Origin: Bugula neritina
Taxonomy: Eukaryota; Animalia; Bryozoa
DNA length: 64,000 nucleotides
Assembly: GCA_964035545.1 (NCBI GenBank)
Contig: OZ037765.1
Coordinates: forward strand, 14,518,698-14,582,697
Direction: 5' to 3'
Positions within the stretch are counted from its first letter, which is position 1. Each line of letters starts with the position of its first letter. The translations under genes were made by a program, and so were the position numbers. Positions 39,501 to 53,650 of this stretch are shown here, piece by piece. Below the pieces are notes generated by a model. It was not told the DNA's origin. It searched no databases and saw only the letters and a program-made list of their open reading frames with translations.

Positions 39501-42500
39501 AGTTTATTAATAAGCTGCACAACAGCTATTAATTTTATATAAACTGTCACACTAAAATATTAAAATTAATTACATTAAATTGGCCAAATTACTTCATACT
39601 AAAAGCTTTACTGTGTAGAGTTTATAGCGGACGTTGAATTTTAGACTATGAAAATTTTGTTTTTCAACAGCAGTAGCTTTTGTCACTCAGGTGGGTGAAA
39701 AAATTATACTATTAAAGTAGTCTTCACCTAAGAGGAGGCAACTAATAGAGATCGATCTGACACTCTCATGGAAAAACGATGGATCTGAGTACATTTCTCG
39801 CTGAGATCGATCTGAGGTCGGTACATGGCAAGCCCGTGATCATCACTGAGATGGCTTGAAGGTTTGAACTTTTAGTTTTCAGTCAAATGAAATACACAAA
39901 ATAAATACTACACTTCACTCACTAGTCAGCAACTAAGGGTTATATGTTCTGATACGAAACCAGATATTAACATAATTGTTCAAGGCAAACAGTACTCACT
40001 GTGTACCCACAAGTGCTTCACTGATGGTTGTAAACTATAACTATACTGGTATGAGTACAGACTCTTAGCACTGGCGCATCTTGTTTAAATTTGCATGTAC
40101 AATCATGAATATATACTTTGTATGTATATATGTATAATTTTTTATGCACAAACATAAATGCATATATAATCATTCATTATTAAAGTAATAAAAATGAAAT
40201 GTTTCTTCTTTACCTATTTTAATTAAATCCATATATACACACATACACACACGTAAATAATATATATCTATTTAAAAATGTTATGATTTTAATAAACATG
40301 CAAAGCCTAGCCCTCGCTTATAATTACAATACATATAGCCTGCAGATGTTTAATGAATCTTGAGAATTGATTTTAAAAACAGAAAAAATGTTGTGGCCTT
40401 CGGCCCAAGCTAAAACTTGCAGACTGGCCCTCGGTCTGAAAAGGTTGGACACCCCTGGTTTAGAAGTTATTAATATACTATGATGATGGACTATGAAACA
40501 CACATACACACAGTGTGCATGTAAACATGCTGCTAGCTGCTGTTATAGTAGGTATGCAGGAGAAGCAAAGAAAACTAGCACATCAGAAAAACCAAAACAT
40601 TGGTGGATGGACACCATCAGATTTGATATGAAAACGTGGAAATTAAATAGCACGGACACCAGTGATAGAATCAAATAGAAATCACTAATCAAAATTAAAA
40701 CAGTTGCGGTAAAAAAAATTGCTGCATTTTCACTGTGCAAATGAATTTTCAGATTGCATGAACTTACAGCTGTTTCCTAACATTTAATGAAAAATCCACT
40801 CAAGCTAGGAAACGTAGTGATAGAGACAGGTCAATCGAATGAAAACATAAGTTCATGCAAACTGCAACCCTTTCACGTATTGGATTGCATTGAACATGTA
40901 GCAATAGGGCTACATTGTTAAAAAGGGCAACTCCTGGTATAAAAATAAAATGTTAATTTTCTGGTTATTTACTAATTAATGCTGGTATTTACTCTTTAGG
41001 TAAAATGCAGGTCCTATACGTAATAACTTACTTCAACTTGGCCACCCCATTCATGTGTCAACTCGAGTTTGGTGCAATACTCGCAAAAACCTTCTTCATC
41101 CAATATCTCACCATCATTGGTTGTCAAATATGGCAGATATTCCTCTCTATTTTGTCTTAATTCACTTGCAACTTTAGATCTGACTTCAGACACAGTCAAC
41201 ATAACCTGTAAGTTATAACTATATACTTTAAAATGCATTCTTATGATAATTCTTCACTTATCCAGCAGCATGAAATGAAAATAACTTAGATAGGGGTTAT
41301 AGCTGGTGCTTTATGAGTAAGCAAACCATTTCGAAATTCATTAGGTTTTAGCTTAAGCTAAGGTGTCATGAGTTGAAATGAAAAATATTCTGTGAAGTCA
41401 TAAGAATGCTTTTTTGACATTTTTTGCAATTTATAATACGATTTTTATCACATTAAACAGTTCAATAATACATGTGCTGGAAATACTACATGTATTCAAT
41501 TAAAAAAGTTGTGCACATTTCCATTGTAACAAGAAATTGCTATTTTCAGTGAGCTATGGGTACAACAAGCAAGGTGACTTAAAAAATTGGGTTTTGCAGG
41601 TTGCTTAATATTGTAGTAAACTTGTTGGTTATGATGAAATAGATTAGGCAGTCTGCATGTCAATACTATGCTTTGATGAATAAAAGTCTCTTGATATAGG
41701 TCTCTTTATTCTGCTGTAAATTCTTCTTGGGTGAGCTCCAGTGTTAGACTGACTTAGCACTGGAAACTCTCCCACTTATATACTAACAAATTTTCCCGCC
41801 ACTTCGGGTGTCCGAAACTCCGAGACTCAGAGTTCCGTTGGCCGAAGTCGGAAGGATCTGCCCGAAGTCGCACCTTTGGCTCACATAACTTATCAAAGAT
41901 TATTTACAAAAAGTGGCAGGGGGGGGGCATAACTCAACAAAAACTATTACAGTATTATATATAAAAACAAAAAAATAGGAAGGGCAATTCACAATCATTA
42001 CGATATTCACTACGCTGAGAGCTTAGCTACAATTACAACATTTACCAGCATTTAGAAAGTTACGCCAAGTCATCTATAATAGTGACGCAATATAATTACT
42101 AGAGCGTTAAAATCCATTACAATATGACTAACGGAAAAGTCTACAATTCATTATTTACTAGTGTGGCTACACATGAGTTATTGAATATCTGTTCTAGCAT
42201 TACACTAAGTCAAAGATGCAATTGGCCAAAAAAGAATATACCAAGCTGCGCCACAGTTGGACATGCCTTTCAAATGCTCATACTATAAGTAGTTAAGTGA
42301 AATTGTCTCCACTATACCACCAAACTATGCCATCTAGAGGAAGCAATTCATATTTAGTAAACAATGTGTTGAGGTATTAGTTGAGTTGTAAGCATAAACC
42401 ACTGATCCATCATAATGTTGCTAGCAGAACTTACACTTTCCCCAGGTTGAATGCTTAGTTGATGTATAACTGCGTTGTACAAACAATCACCATCAGAAGC

Positions 42501-45500
42501 TATCTAAAAGAAACAAAGTAGGTTCAAGTTATTATGCTAGACCTGAATACTGCATGTGGACTATAAATTACTGTTATAATTTACTGGTTTGAGCTTGAAT
42601 TCTTTTCTTTTATTGAATATTTTGAGGAATTCAACTGTTGATGGAAACAAAGTCATTGCTCACAAATGAGACAATATCACCAAATGTGTGCATACTAATA
42701 ATATATTATATTAATCACTTTTAATGTAACAAAATAAGTAAGTTTTTTTAATACTTGCAACGTTATTAATGTTGGACACATTATCTCTTTTTAAAGTTGC
42801 ATTTCATGTTTTTTAGCTTATTCAGACGGTCAACAATTTTTTTGAAAGTTTTGGATCACGTGATCGGACTATTGCGTCAATTGCGCCAAAATAGCGTCCT
42901 TTGATTGGTCTGACAGTAAAAGAGTTTGTTAGTTTTGGATCACGTGATCAACTTTTCAAAATTTCGTTGGAACTTGACCCAGCAAGGTTTCAGCCGGTAA
43001 TTTTTTTTTGATTGCACTTCATTGACTTATTTCAAAAAGCAAAAATCAAGGGCATAATTCACATGGCAAACATTGCGGCATTGTAACTAAATTAAATAAT
43101 CAATATTATAGTAATAGTAATAATAATTAATAATAATAAATTAAAATAAACAAATTTGTAGGAAGCATATTATTTTGCTAGTCAGCAGCATCTTAAAACT
43201 ATTTCAAGCAGTTTTAATGACCGAAGTACGTTTTTTTATAGAAATTATCATAGCTTGACCAGCTGTATTGTATCACTATGATCTTTGAGATCCTAAATAC
43301 AAAGATGCACTTCAGCAACTGAGTCGATGTGCACAATGAGTAGCAGTGACTTGAAAAAAAGTTAAAATGTACTTAAATTGAAGCAACTGAATCATTTCAC
43401 CTACAGTAAACACTACCAACTTCTATATTAATTTATATAATTTGTTTCAGATAAAATGTCTTAGCTATAGTTTTTTCATAGAGAAACTACAATAAAACAG
43501 GTCATTTTAATTTTTTATTCAACAACAATAAAAAATTTAAGTATAATAAGTAATGAAAGACTACGAAAAGATAAATAATCAGTTTGAGTTTGATATAGAA
43601 ACACAAACACGGCATTGCAGTTTCACGTGTCATTTTCATTTACTTTTATCAGTCCAACTGTTGTTAAACATAAATCTACTAAATTTTTAGCTCTTTTTAG
43701 CTAATAAATTTTAAATTTGTCATAATTTAAATGTTTCATATTTGATTATATTTATTTTATTAACGCAAAATTTTTACTTAGTTATTGTTTTATTTAACTA
43801 GTAACAACTTTACTAGTAAAAGCATCGTTGCAGCTGGCGCGACAAAGAGGTGCGATGTTTGTTAGTTGGGCATTCGTCGGACCCAACGAACAAGAAAACG
43901 TCGTGTGTAAATAAGCGCTTTATGTAGCATCAGTATAACATGTTTGCAATTTGTTTGTGATAAATATATCTATATACTATATATTACCTCATATAGCCTC
44001 AAATTTTTGTGAATAAGTTTCTCACATATGAGTGCATTCTCCATTTGTCTTGGTGCAGTTAAATTTTTTATAGCAGCTTCCTCCAATCTCATGTCACGTT
44101 CTTTTTGCTCTTTCTCTTTTTTTTCCTAATAAACCCAACAAGACTGATGCTTTTAAAAAAGTAATTTAGTCAGAAAGATTTCACAAATATAAAAAGTAGA
44201 CTTATACAGACACTTCTTTACAACACTTCAAAACTTCTCACTAATGAGAAAGAGAAAAAAAATTTCAGATTTTGCTGAAAGAAAAATATAGAGTTTATTA
44301 TTTTAACAAGTACACTTATTGGTGATAGGCTACACACACACGCACGCACGCACGAACGTACACAACTAAGCATGTGCTAAGCATAAATTAGTTGCTTATG
44401 TACTCACTATTATTTTACTTTAAAATTGTACAACAGTAGTTTTTTAACTCAATTGCATATTTCTCTGCAGGAGTTAAAATGCACAGCTTTTAGCAATAGA
44501 CAACATAGCTAAGTGCAAATATTTCATCCAGCAAAGACTTGAAGCTGAGAAGTTCAACTTGAATATCACTTACAAAACTAAACAAATTTCATAAAACATT
44601 ACTTCACAGTTGAAAGAAATTGCGCTATATTGTCCCATGGCTGATGTCTACATTTGTAGAACAATCATGCTGCTCGGCTAAGTAAATCAAATACAAGAAA
44701 GGGTTATCAACATGGTACTATGGTGATGATACCAACTAACAATAGAGACCCATGGGGCAAGGCACTACATGCTAATTAATGAAAATATTCATTAATTTTT
44801 TAAACAGTGCATGGTGTACCTTTGCAGGTGAATAGTTCTTTTAAACTTTCATACAAGTTTGTACAAACTACAGAAGCCAACTTGTTTTATTGATAGTTCA
44901 TATTTAAAAAAAAATTGATTTTGAGCAACAGCGATGAGTGAATGTGATTTAAGTATCTCACTCTTGATTGACTGAAACTACCACATATTATGAGTAGGCA
45001 GCAGTAGTGGGTTGTTTTCTTAGTAGAACATAGGGGTTGATAAAATATTTAAAAGCCATCACCTTTTCAAGAGGCCAACACCATTAAAATTTTGCTGTTA
45101 ATGATAAAAGTCCACTGCACAAAACAAGAACTAACGATCAAGCTGAATAAACTTACACGACGTTTAGCAGCTTTAGATTTTTTTCCAACAGTATTCTCAA
45201 CTTCTCCCACTTGACCACCACAGAGTAAATCTTTCTCTTCTAGTGTGACGGCAGCAGTAGAATCTTTCAGTTCTTGCTACAACATAAATTCAGCTGCAAT
45301 AAACTAAACTACAATGAATTTCTAATATTTGTTGTGCTAGAATTGCCTAGTTACATCAGTGTCATAATAAAATCTACAGACAAATGTTTGCTACAACTTG
45401 GGCATAATTTCAAAGTTGAATAGCAATGCAATACAGTTGGACATAGGCATTTTCAATTAGTACACTTGGAATATTTGCTGATGACATAATATTCTCCATC

Positions 45501-47885
45501 TGGCTCAGTGACTGCAACATTTCAGAAATATCATGAATACTACTTAGTTATGTCTGCAATGTTGATGCAAGCTCAGCTTGCTGGAGTTGGATTTCTTTGC
45601 TACAAAAACCTTGACTGTTTTTATCAGAGTAATAAACTTATTTTCTCTCTTTCTGTATTTATATATTTTAGAATCATTCTATGCTTGTATGAACACTTTT
45701 TATAGAATAATTAAAACTTTCTATTTACTAAAACGTTTTATGGGTCGATGGCAAAAAGGATTGCAGGCATAAAAATTTAACAAAGCTAGAAAATTTTATT
45801 CAGATAAAAAATGTAAAACAGTGTGACCAAGGTGACTCATTTTTCATTTTATTATTGTTTTTTTTACTGTACTAGTTGAATTTTTCTACTAAAAACTGCA
45901 ACACCCATACAAATCTAACGCTAATATTCCTAAAGCTGTTAATTGAAGTGGAAACTAGATGTGTTTTCACTCAGTAGTAAAGTGTATAAAATCACTCTAA
46001 TAATTGAAGCCTGGCCATCTAGTTGCATTCAAAACATTAAAAAAATCAACTTATATACACAGTGAACAACCAACAAATTGATTCAATAGTACAGGTTATG
46101 CACATATGGGCTCAATTGATCAATCAATGCTAGTAATATGAAAAGCATTTTTAGGTTCAGATTATTCATTGCCGCTAATACATCCACTAGGTATGCACTA
46201 TATAGTTCATAGAGATCAGCTAGCATGGTTGCTAAAAGTTCTTGTAAGTTTTTGATTTCAAGAAACTTCTTAACCTTTACTTGAAATTCAAAAAATTAAG
46301 CTACCATGTTTCCTTTAGATAACCATTTCAGTGTGAAACAGCAAAGTGGTAAATGTAGCATTACTCTCATGAAATAACACTGAAAATAGTTGTGTGATTA
46401 GTGCAGAAGCCTTGATGTAATTTACGATTTCGATGTTCAATGCCAAGTTAAATTTCATTGTCCATGTTAGTGTTTTAGAAGCAAGGCACACATTCTCTAT
46501 AGGGAATATTCTGCCTTGCCGGCTGTACAAAACCTGATCTTGATCCCAGCATGGCCGAAGCTCCATCTGTACATACATTAATCAAGCACTAATCAAACTT
46601 TTCCAACTAAGCCCAGTTGTCCCAAAAATATTGGTCAACAAGCGTGATCACGTTTGCAGCTGAGGTTGTTGCAAGTAAGGGTTGACAAAGCCTTAAGTCT
46701 TGGGCATGCACATATCTACCATACACTAGTAATCAGGAAAGATTGGCTATATAAAATAAATTATTAAGTTGCATGAAGAAAAATTGAGACTAATTGATTT
46801 TAGCGATAACTTTCTCTTCAATATCTGCTGTATCATGTACATGTAATTTGGAAAACAAGGAGAAAGTTGAAAAAGTCGTGAGATGTGTAGAAATGAAACT
46901 TTCCTCCAAAAAGCCCAAATTTCCCCAGCTTGGGAACCACTGGTTTACATAAACACTAAGCACTCTTAAAAATTCTAAAAAGAAAACATGAAGCAAATAA
47001 AATTGCTTGTTTTATTGAAACACTTAAAACCACTTTTAAACCTTAATAAATAGATATAATATTTTATACATAAAAAAAAACTTAAATGACTAAAAAAAGA
47101 AGCAAAAGGTAAACCATAAAGAAAATCTGGCACACTTGATTTTAAAGTGACAGACTGCTGAAGAGAGACTATTGAATTGACGAGTTTTTTCTTGCATCAG
47201 TTTATGTAAAGATTCCCACTATTTCATGCATCTGTGTTTAGGACATTGATGAAAGTTAAAGCTATCTGCTTACAAGCCTAAAGCATCCTTTTAGTCATTA
47301 ACAAATTTACATAAATGAATACCTCTTGTAATTCTTGTTGATGTTTAGCATCAAGTTCCATTTCTAGTTTGGCAATCTCTTGTTTGGTCTCTTTCAAACG
47401 TTTCTTATCTCCTTTAGGCACAGCATGTTTAATTTTTTGAGCTTTTGCTAAACAAATTTCAAGAGTATAAGATATGAGTTTATTTGTATAATTCAATTTC
47501 AAAGGATATTTGGTGAGAGTTCTACACATATTTGGATGAAACTGTAGAGTGCATAAATAATTTTCTCGATAAAAAAATGATACTAACTATAAATCTTAGA
47601 ATTCTTATACGCCTATTATCCACAAAATTATAAATAATTATTAAACAGAAGCAAATGGTCACGTATTTTCACCAAGCCATACATGCATGGTACATCAACA
47701 CACTTTGCATTACTCCAAATATAATGAAAATAGTTAACCTGATTGACTACAATAAAAACTGAATTTTAAAACAACATAATGTTAAAAAGTCAAAAAGCAT
47801 TTGAAAATTTTAATGGTTATAAAGATTTACCCTGTAGCTCCTTTCGTTCCTGTTTATGTTTGACTGCTAAATCTGTGGCCTCCAT
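36523..47885 (-). CDS. OTUD6B: OTU-domain deubiquitinase 6B, ~291 aa, 8 exons
   Basis: Exons 47885-47831, 47447-47323, 45276-45157, 44125-43988, 42503-42435, 41205-41032, 36832-36711, 36595-36523 (876 nt, phases agree); KHKQERKELQ, VPKGDKKR, SKAAKRREKK, catalytic SDGDCLY, WGGQVE, LGEHYNSV. Confidence 0.93.
36862..40341. repeat. Nested inverted-repeat complex in OTUD6B intron 6
   Basis: Inverted pairs ~36862-37372/39844-40341, 37384-37566/38349-38531, 38208-38434/38556-38781, 38803-39046/39120-39363. Confidence 0.9.
41612..42121 (-). mobile_element. Solo LTR (510 bp) related to the Gypsy-1 LTR
   Basis: Minus strand starts TGTAATGGATT and ends GTTTACTACA like the Gypsy-1 3' LTR; ATAT on both sides (41608-41611, 42122-42125); TATATAAG and AATAAA present. 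Confidence 0.85.
46100..46942 (-). mobile_element. Decayed hAT (Charlie-type) transposase remnant with one TIR
   Basis: TIR CAGTGGTTCCCAA from 46942; fragments VCTDGASAMLGSRSGFV, LASKTL..IVNYIKASAL..LLFHTE, WLSKG, AYLVDV..NNLNL. Confidence 0.75.
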
Positions 47886-48843
47886 AATTTCAACAACTAA
47901 AAGAACAATACACTAGTGACAAGTTTCACACATGAACTAAATAACTATATACATATAAAATTAAAATAATTACATCAGCCTGAGATAACTACTTTCTTAC
48001 TGCTTGAATGTTAGCAATAAATTACATTGATGATCTTTTATCATTGATGCAGCCATAGCATAAATATTGAGAATTTAGTGGCGCTTCTTATTGGATGAAA
48101 AAATTATGCTTGAGTGAACGTTATAGCCCTGGTACTAGAATCTACACTGAATTGAAAAAACTCAACATGGTCCATTAGCAACAGTTAATAGAAAATAGAG
48201 CTCCAGTCTTCAAGTGACTGAAGCTCAGAATGGACAGGGCATGTCGGTAACCGACATTCGGTCTGTTGGCAGCTTGTGTGTGGGCTGTAAGTATGCTAAT
48301 GCCGTTAGCAGCGTAGTAAGTTAGAGTGCTTAGGTACACAACAGGGGTTAAGGATTTTTTTCTCGCGTTGCGCTGTGAAACAAAAGGCAATCTTTATCGT
48401 GCGACATTGTTCGACTAAGAACGTTTATATCAGCTAGTGCTCTTAGAGAGCTTAGCAAAGCCAGTTTTCTTGTCATTGTATTCTGGGTGAAAATGGTGAT
48501 TTGCTGGGCAGATCACGGGTGGAGATTGGAGTGACTAAGGGGCGGTTTGGAGGTCATGGTGACAGCTTGGGGCTGTCGATATATTATAAGTTACAGTTAA
48601 TCGTCGTTATTTGTTCTGAGTTTGACTTTTATTTTAATTTGCACTTGCATGTAGCAAGCTATTTCGGCTTCACTATTGTTATTATTATTATTACTATTAT
48701 TATTTTACTGGTAGTAACAATGTGATATAATCATAATATAAATGCTGTTTCTTACTGTTACTTATAAGTAGTTAGTAAGTTTGTGCATTCTGGTTCTCAG
48801 TCGAGTAGTTTATTACTCATACTTGTTGACTGTAGAGATCGGA

Positions 48844-49840
48844 ATGTCACGACCAGAAGAGAGAAGTGAAGGTGAGGACTCTCCTGGGGAGAGTTTGGCA
48901 GTTGGTGGTGCATCCGGCCTTGGCAGGCCATCATCTGCGGAAACTGGGCTTGCAGCTCCAGTTCTGTTGGATGCGAGGGTCTTGGCTAGCATCCTCAATC
49001 AAGCAAAAGGCCCGATTCTGCCGAGGATTCGACAAGCCACGTCTCAGTTTACTGGTGATGGCAGTGTGGACGTCACTGCATGGATCAAGGAGCTTGAAGG
49101 ACTCTGCAAGGTGGAGCAGATTGCCCCAACAGAAATCCTCGTTTACATGTTGGGTGGCAATGCTGCTCGCGTCTACAGCAGGATGCGTGTGGGCGAGGCA
49201 TCCCAATGGGATGTAGTGAAAGCGGCCTTGTTGGCCGAGTATGCCATGCCTAGGCAGGAAGCATAGCGTAGGTTCATTACCTGCCGTATGGAAGACGGGG
49301 ACACAGTTGACATGTACCTGGATCGCTTGAAGCAGTTCGCTGGCCAGGTCAGTATGACCTGCAATGAACTGAGTTTTCGAGCTCAGTTTTTATGAAGGCT
49401 TGCCGGGATCTGTTTACGAGTGGGCAGTAACCCTCGAATATGCCTACATGGCTGACTTTGGGTCAGTGTTGGCACGAATGCAAGAAAGAGTGGTCTCGCG
49501 TAGAGCTGTTGCACACTGTTATAAGTCTGGACTACAGTCGGGGGTAATCGCTGCTGCTTCTGGAAGAGCGCAGCAGCAGTCAGGTGCCAGTTCTTGCTAT
49601 CAGTGTGGGGGTGCACACCGGGTAAAAGATTGCCTCGAAAGCAGGCGGGCCTCTTTCAACAGACGGCCCGAGAAGAACTCTTCTGGGAAGAGAGCTGAAT
49701 GCTTCCAGTGCGGAGGCATCGATCATTGGGTTTGGGACTGCCCGAAACCGCCTGCAGTGGCTGCCGGGCTGGAAGGTAACAAGCCGGGTTTTCAGGCAAA
49801 GGATGCAACTCGGGACGCCGCAATCAATTTCAATTTTTAG
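48844..49840 (+). pseudogene. gag: Orphan LTR-retrotransposon gag with two zinc knuckles (stop at 49264, frameshift near 49390), no pol
   Basis: FTGDGSVDVTAWIKELE..WDVVKAALLAEY..GDTVDMYLDRL; CYQCGGAHRVKDC and CFQCGGIDHWVWDC. Confidence 0.8.
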
Positions 49841-50046
49841 CATTTCCAAATTAAGCCTTCATTTACTACACTCTATAAATGCGGCCACATCCCAGGTTTT
49901 GCAGCAACTGGTCACAAATTTCTAAATTTGAAAGTTAAAGAAACACCATTAACACAGAAATGAAGAAATTAGTACTCTCCAAAAACATGGGATGATACTA
50001 CCAGTAAAAATAAAGAAATTGTGAATAACACCTAAAAACCCTGGAA

Positions 50047-51850
50047 ATGATCACAACCAGCCAAGCACTGCTTGCTTCAGAGATGGACAAGAACCAAAGA
50101 GAGATTTTGCATGGCCCAACTGAAAGAAATACTGCAATGCAAGAGGTGATGAAAGAACTTTTCGAGCAGTTAGGCTTGGTGCTAAAACTAAAAGCAACTA
50201 TCCTCCTATCAAACTGTGATTTGAAGACGAAAGGTCTAAGTGGGAATTTCTAAAATAAGTAAATCATGCTCAGATTCTCTGTCCTGCAAGCTGGACATGA
50301 ACAAGGAAACCAGGGACAAGGAGTACATTCTTCGTCAACAGATTAGAAAACTGAAGGAGGAGCAGCCAACCATACAATATCAAATCATGGATTTGAGCAT
50401 TCAAAAGAAAGCTGAATCAGGAAACTGGAAAAAGTTGAAACCAGAAGACCAACAAACAAAACAATCTTAGATCTAAATCTTGTTTTTGCCAATGTCAGGT
50501 CAATTAAAGGAAAAACAGCAGAAATTACAGCTCTAACTAAAAACTATGATTTGCCTAACATCAACCCATGTTGACCAATCTGTGCTTAAGAAGACTGTAA
50601 TCGAAACACTTGATTTGGATTTCTTTAGGAATGACAGAAACATGCAGGGGGAGTTATGATTGCAACCAAGGCAAAACTTAACACCAGATATGCTTCCGTT
50701 GAAACTTATAATTAAACAATAGTAACTATCCTTATTCCAATTAACCTAGTCTCATGTTGTTACTCTGAACTGAAGGCATCAACACGAAATATCAAAACAA
50801 ACAAGTAACATACTCAGCTCCATCAAATATAAATATTCAGACTGCAACAGCATTTTACTTGGAGATACCAATCTTCCAGGGCTAGACTGGGTTACCAAAA
50901 CTATTAAACCCAATGAATCTTACAAAACTATCATCTACAATTTTTCAATGTGATTTATGAACATAACTTACACTAAGTGGTTACAGAGCTTGCCCACACA
51001 TTTATGGAAACACTTTTGACCGGATATGCCTCTCCAACACTCTTACAACAGATCCATCAGATGTGGCAATTCCTGGCCTAAGCGACCACTATATTATGAT
51101 CCTGAAGCTAAAAGTAGAAACAATGATGCATGAACAACACAAATGTAATAAAACCAAGGAAATATTTGTCTATCAGAAGGCAAATGTTCCAAGTCTTTAT
51201 TGACAAAATGACTAATGCTCTTCATCAAATTAAAAACTCAAGTGATCTTTATAAAATGTGGGATATTTACAAAAGATCACTTGATGAAGCCATACTTGAT
51301 TCTGTCCAACACGAAACTATAGCCTACATGTCAGAAATGAAGATCAACCGCCTTAGTTCAACAAACATATTAAAAAAGTGATAGGCAAGCAGCACAATAC
51401 ACATAGGAAATACAAACAAACTGGAGATCAGTACTACTTGAATAAAGACAAGCAGCACCGCCGAAATAATAAGAAAAAACCGCAGAAGCTCAAAAAGAAT
51501 GACTTGTTATATATGGCTTGTTAACCCTTAGAAAGGAGGAATATCACATCTTTTTACAAACATCTTAGGTACAAACGAAATCCAAACCACCTCTTAGAGA
51601 CTATGAGACTTATGGGTAGCCTTCTAACCACTGACAGTAAGATAATGGCCAACGATCTAAATAGATACTTTCACTCACAGTTCTGCTACCAAGAAAGTAT
51701 ATATCAAAACTCCCACTTCTTTTAACCCTAACAGAACCATTTTCCATCACATTGGATGGTGTTGAAAAATTTATTGTGGACTTTAAAAACAATAAATCAC
51801 CCGACCCAGACCAGATCCACAAATACCAATTACTAATAAACCCTAAAAAC
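50047..51850 (+). mobile_element. Degenerate LINE (CR1/L2-like): coiled-coil ORF1 remnant and ORF2 APE endonuclease, cut off before RT
   Basis: LNLVFANVRSIKGK (~50473), RNDR..GGVMIA (~50630), LLGD, PGLSDHY (~51075), FKNNKSPDPDQI (~51785); many disablements. Confidence 0.7.
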
Positions 51851-52138
51851 ACAAACTCAGCTTAGCTATGTGCTAAACCTCATACATCATACAATTACAT
51901 AAAAATTGAAATATTTAAACTTAGCTACATGCTAGAATAGATGCATTTCAACATATGATAAACTTAAACAAAAACAACATAAGATTAAGACGCACTCATA
52001 ATTTTTCGCCTGGAGGTGTTAGCAGAGTGTAGGAGGGGAGTTACGAGGCGAATTAATATTATAATTATTATTCTAATATTAAATTTAAAAATTTAAATTA
52101 AAATTACCACATTCACTGTTAAATATTTTATTATTAGA

Positions 52139-52180
<42 letters not shown>

Positions 52181-52238
52181 TATAAATACATATTATGTAT
52201 ATATATACATACATATATATATACATACATATATGTAT

Positions 52239-52297
<59 letters not shown>

Positions 52298-52414
52298 AAA
52301 TGTATATCGTAATACTAGTCATCAAATAGTGCTCAAAATTTTCTATGAAAATTGAGCTAAATACTATAAGTATGAAGGTTGTAATTGACTAAGATCTTTT
52401 ATTTAAAACCAATT

Positions 52415-52472
52415 ATATCACCTAAAAATTTGTTTCGTAGCATGAAATTACTGCCACTCGTCAGGGTGATGT
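52415..52472 (-). ncRNA. Minimal type I hammerhead ribozyme of a Penelope-like element (one stem III mismatch)
   Basis: Minus strand ATCACC-CTGACGA-GTGGCA(GTAATTTCA)TGCTAC-GAAA-CAAATTTT-TA-GGTGAT. Confidence 0.75.
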
Positions 52473-52580
52473 ATAAAATAGTGAAACAACAGAATTGGAA
52501 TGTAAAAAATGTATGGATTTAAAATATAGCTAAAGTATTAAAAGGAGAAATAGGCATTATCATAAAGCAAAGCTTATGTA

Positions 52581-53055
52581 TTAGAACCGGCTCAAGTAAA
52601 ATTTAGAGCTATGCCTGCATGTTGATGTTAACTCAGATCTTTTATTTAATGTGCATAGACTGGGTTTGCATATAATATAATATTTTTCTAAAATGCATAG
52701 CATGCAACGTTTAGAGTTGGGGTTATAGCTGGGCGCATGACCAATGATCTTCCAGTTGATTGTGTAGCTGGTGCCTTTGTCTTTTAGATACCATATATGC
52801 TTACTCAACTCTGTGGCATTTCTGTATCTTTTATGCTTAAAAGAGCAGGTGTGATTGTATAGGCGCTTTTTAAAGTTGATTTCACATAGTCCGATGTATG
52901 TGTTTGAGCTGTTTGGTGATGTTTTAGTGGCCTGGTATATAATATTGGAGAGTAAGCACTTGCCATTCAGTGGGCAGTTTGGTTTCCTTAGGCTTATGCA
53001 ATTGCATGTTTTCATAGTGTTACTGGTGGTTGCCAGGGAGCTTGTCGTTTGGTAA
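52581..53055 (-). mobile_element. 5'-truncated Penelope-like element, GIY-YIG endonuclease (Naiad-like Cys motif)
   Basis: CNC-x7-CPLNGKC, IIYQAT..TYIGLCE..FKKRLYNH, ELSKHIW, RCMLCILEK, LNKRSEL; no RT upstream. Confidence 0.85.
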
Positions 53056-53530
53056 TAGTAGTAGTAGTATTAGTAGTACTAGTAGTAGTGGTAGTACTAG
53101 TAGTAGTAGTAGTAGTACTGTAGTAGTAGTAGTAATAGTAATACTAGTAGTTATAGTAGTAAATATTTATTCATTATCATTATAATAATAATTATAATGA
53201 TTCAATTTCATATTTAATATTTATAATTATATCAAATTTATTTATTATTATATTTATTAATAATTTAATTAATAAATATTAATACTAATACTAATACTGA
53301 GTATTACTAATAGTAATAGTATTACATAAATTACTATTAGTATTAGCATTACTATTACTAATAGTAATAGTAATAGTAATACTAATAGTATTACTAAGTA
53401 ATAGTAATACTAATACTAATACTATAGTATTAGTATTACTTATAGTTAATGTTATAGTATTATCATTATGATTATCATTATGCTCAAACTTATAATTATA
53501 AGTTATAGCTCTTAATAGTAATAGTTGAGA
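53056..53530. repeat. (TAG/TAA/TAC)n low-complexity tract; similar tracts at 32700-33780, 34460-34510, 61800-62400
   Basis: Degenerate tri- and hexanucleotide repeats. Confidence 0.85.
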
Positions 53531-53650
53531 ATTTATAAAATTTCTTTCTGAATAGTATAAAGATTAGGTTTCTAAGCAAGTAGCAATGTGCAGTACTTTT
53601 TCAATTCGGAATACACGAATAATTAACTTTATGGATTGAGATAACTCAGA

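Noticed and set aside
42770-43360. Repeated GGATCACGTGATC motifs, likely a non-autonomous DNA transposon
   Set aside because: Matching termini could not be defined.
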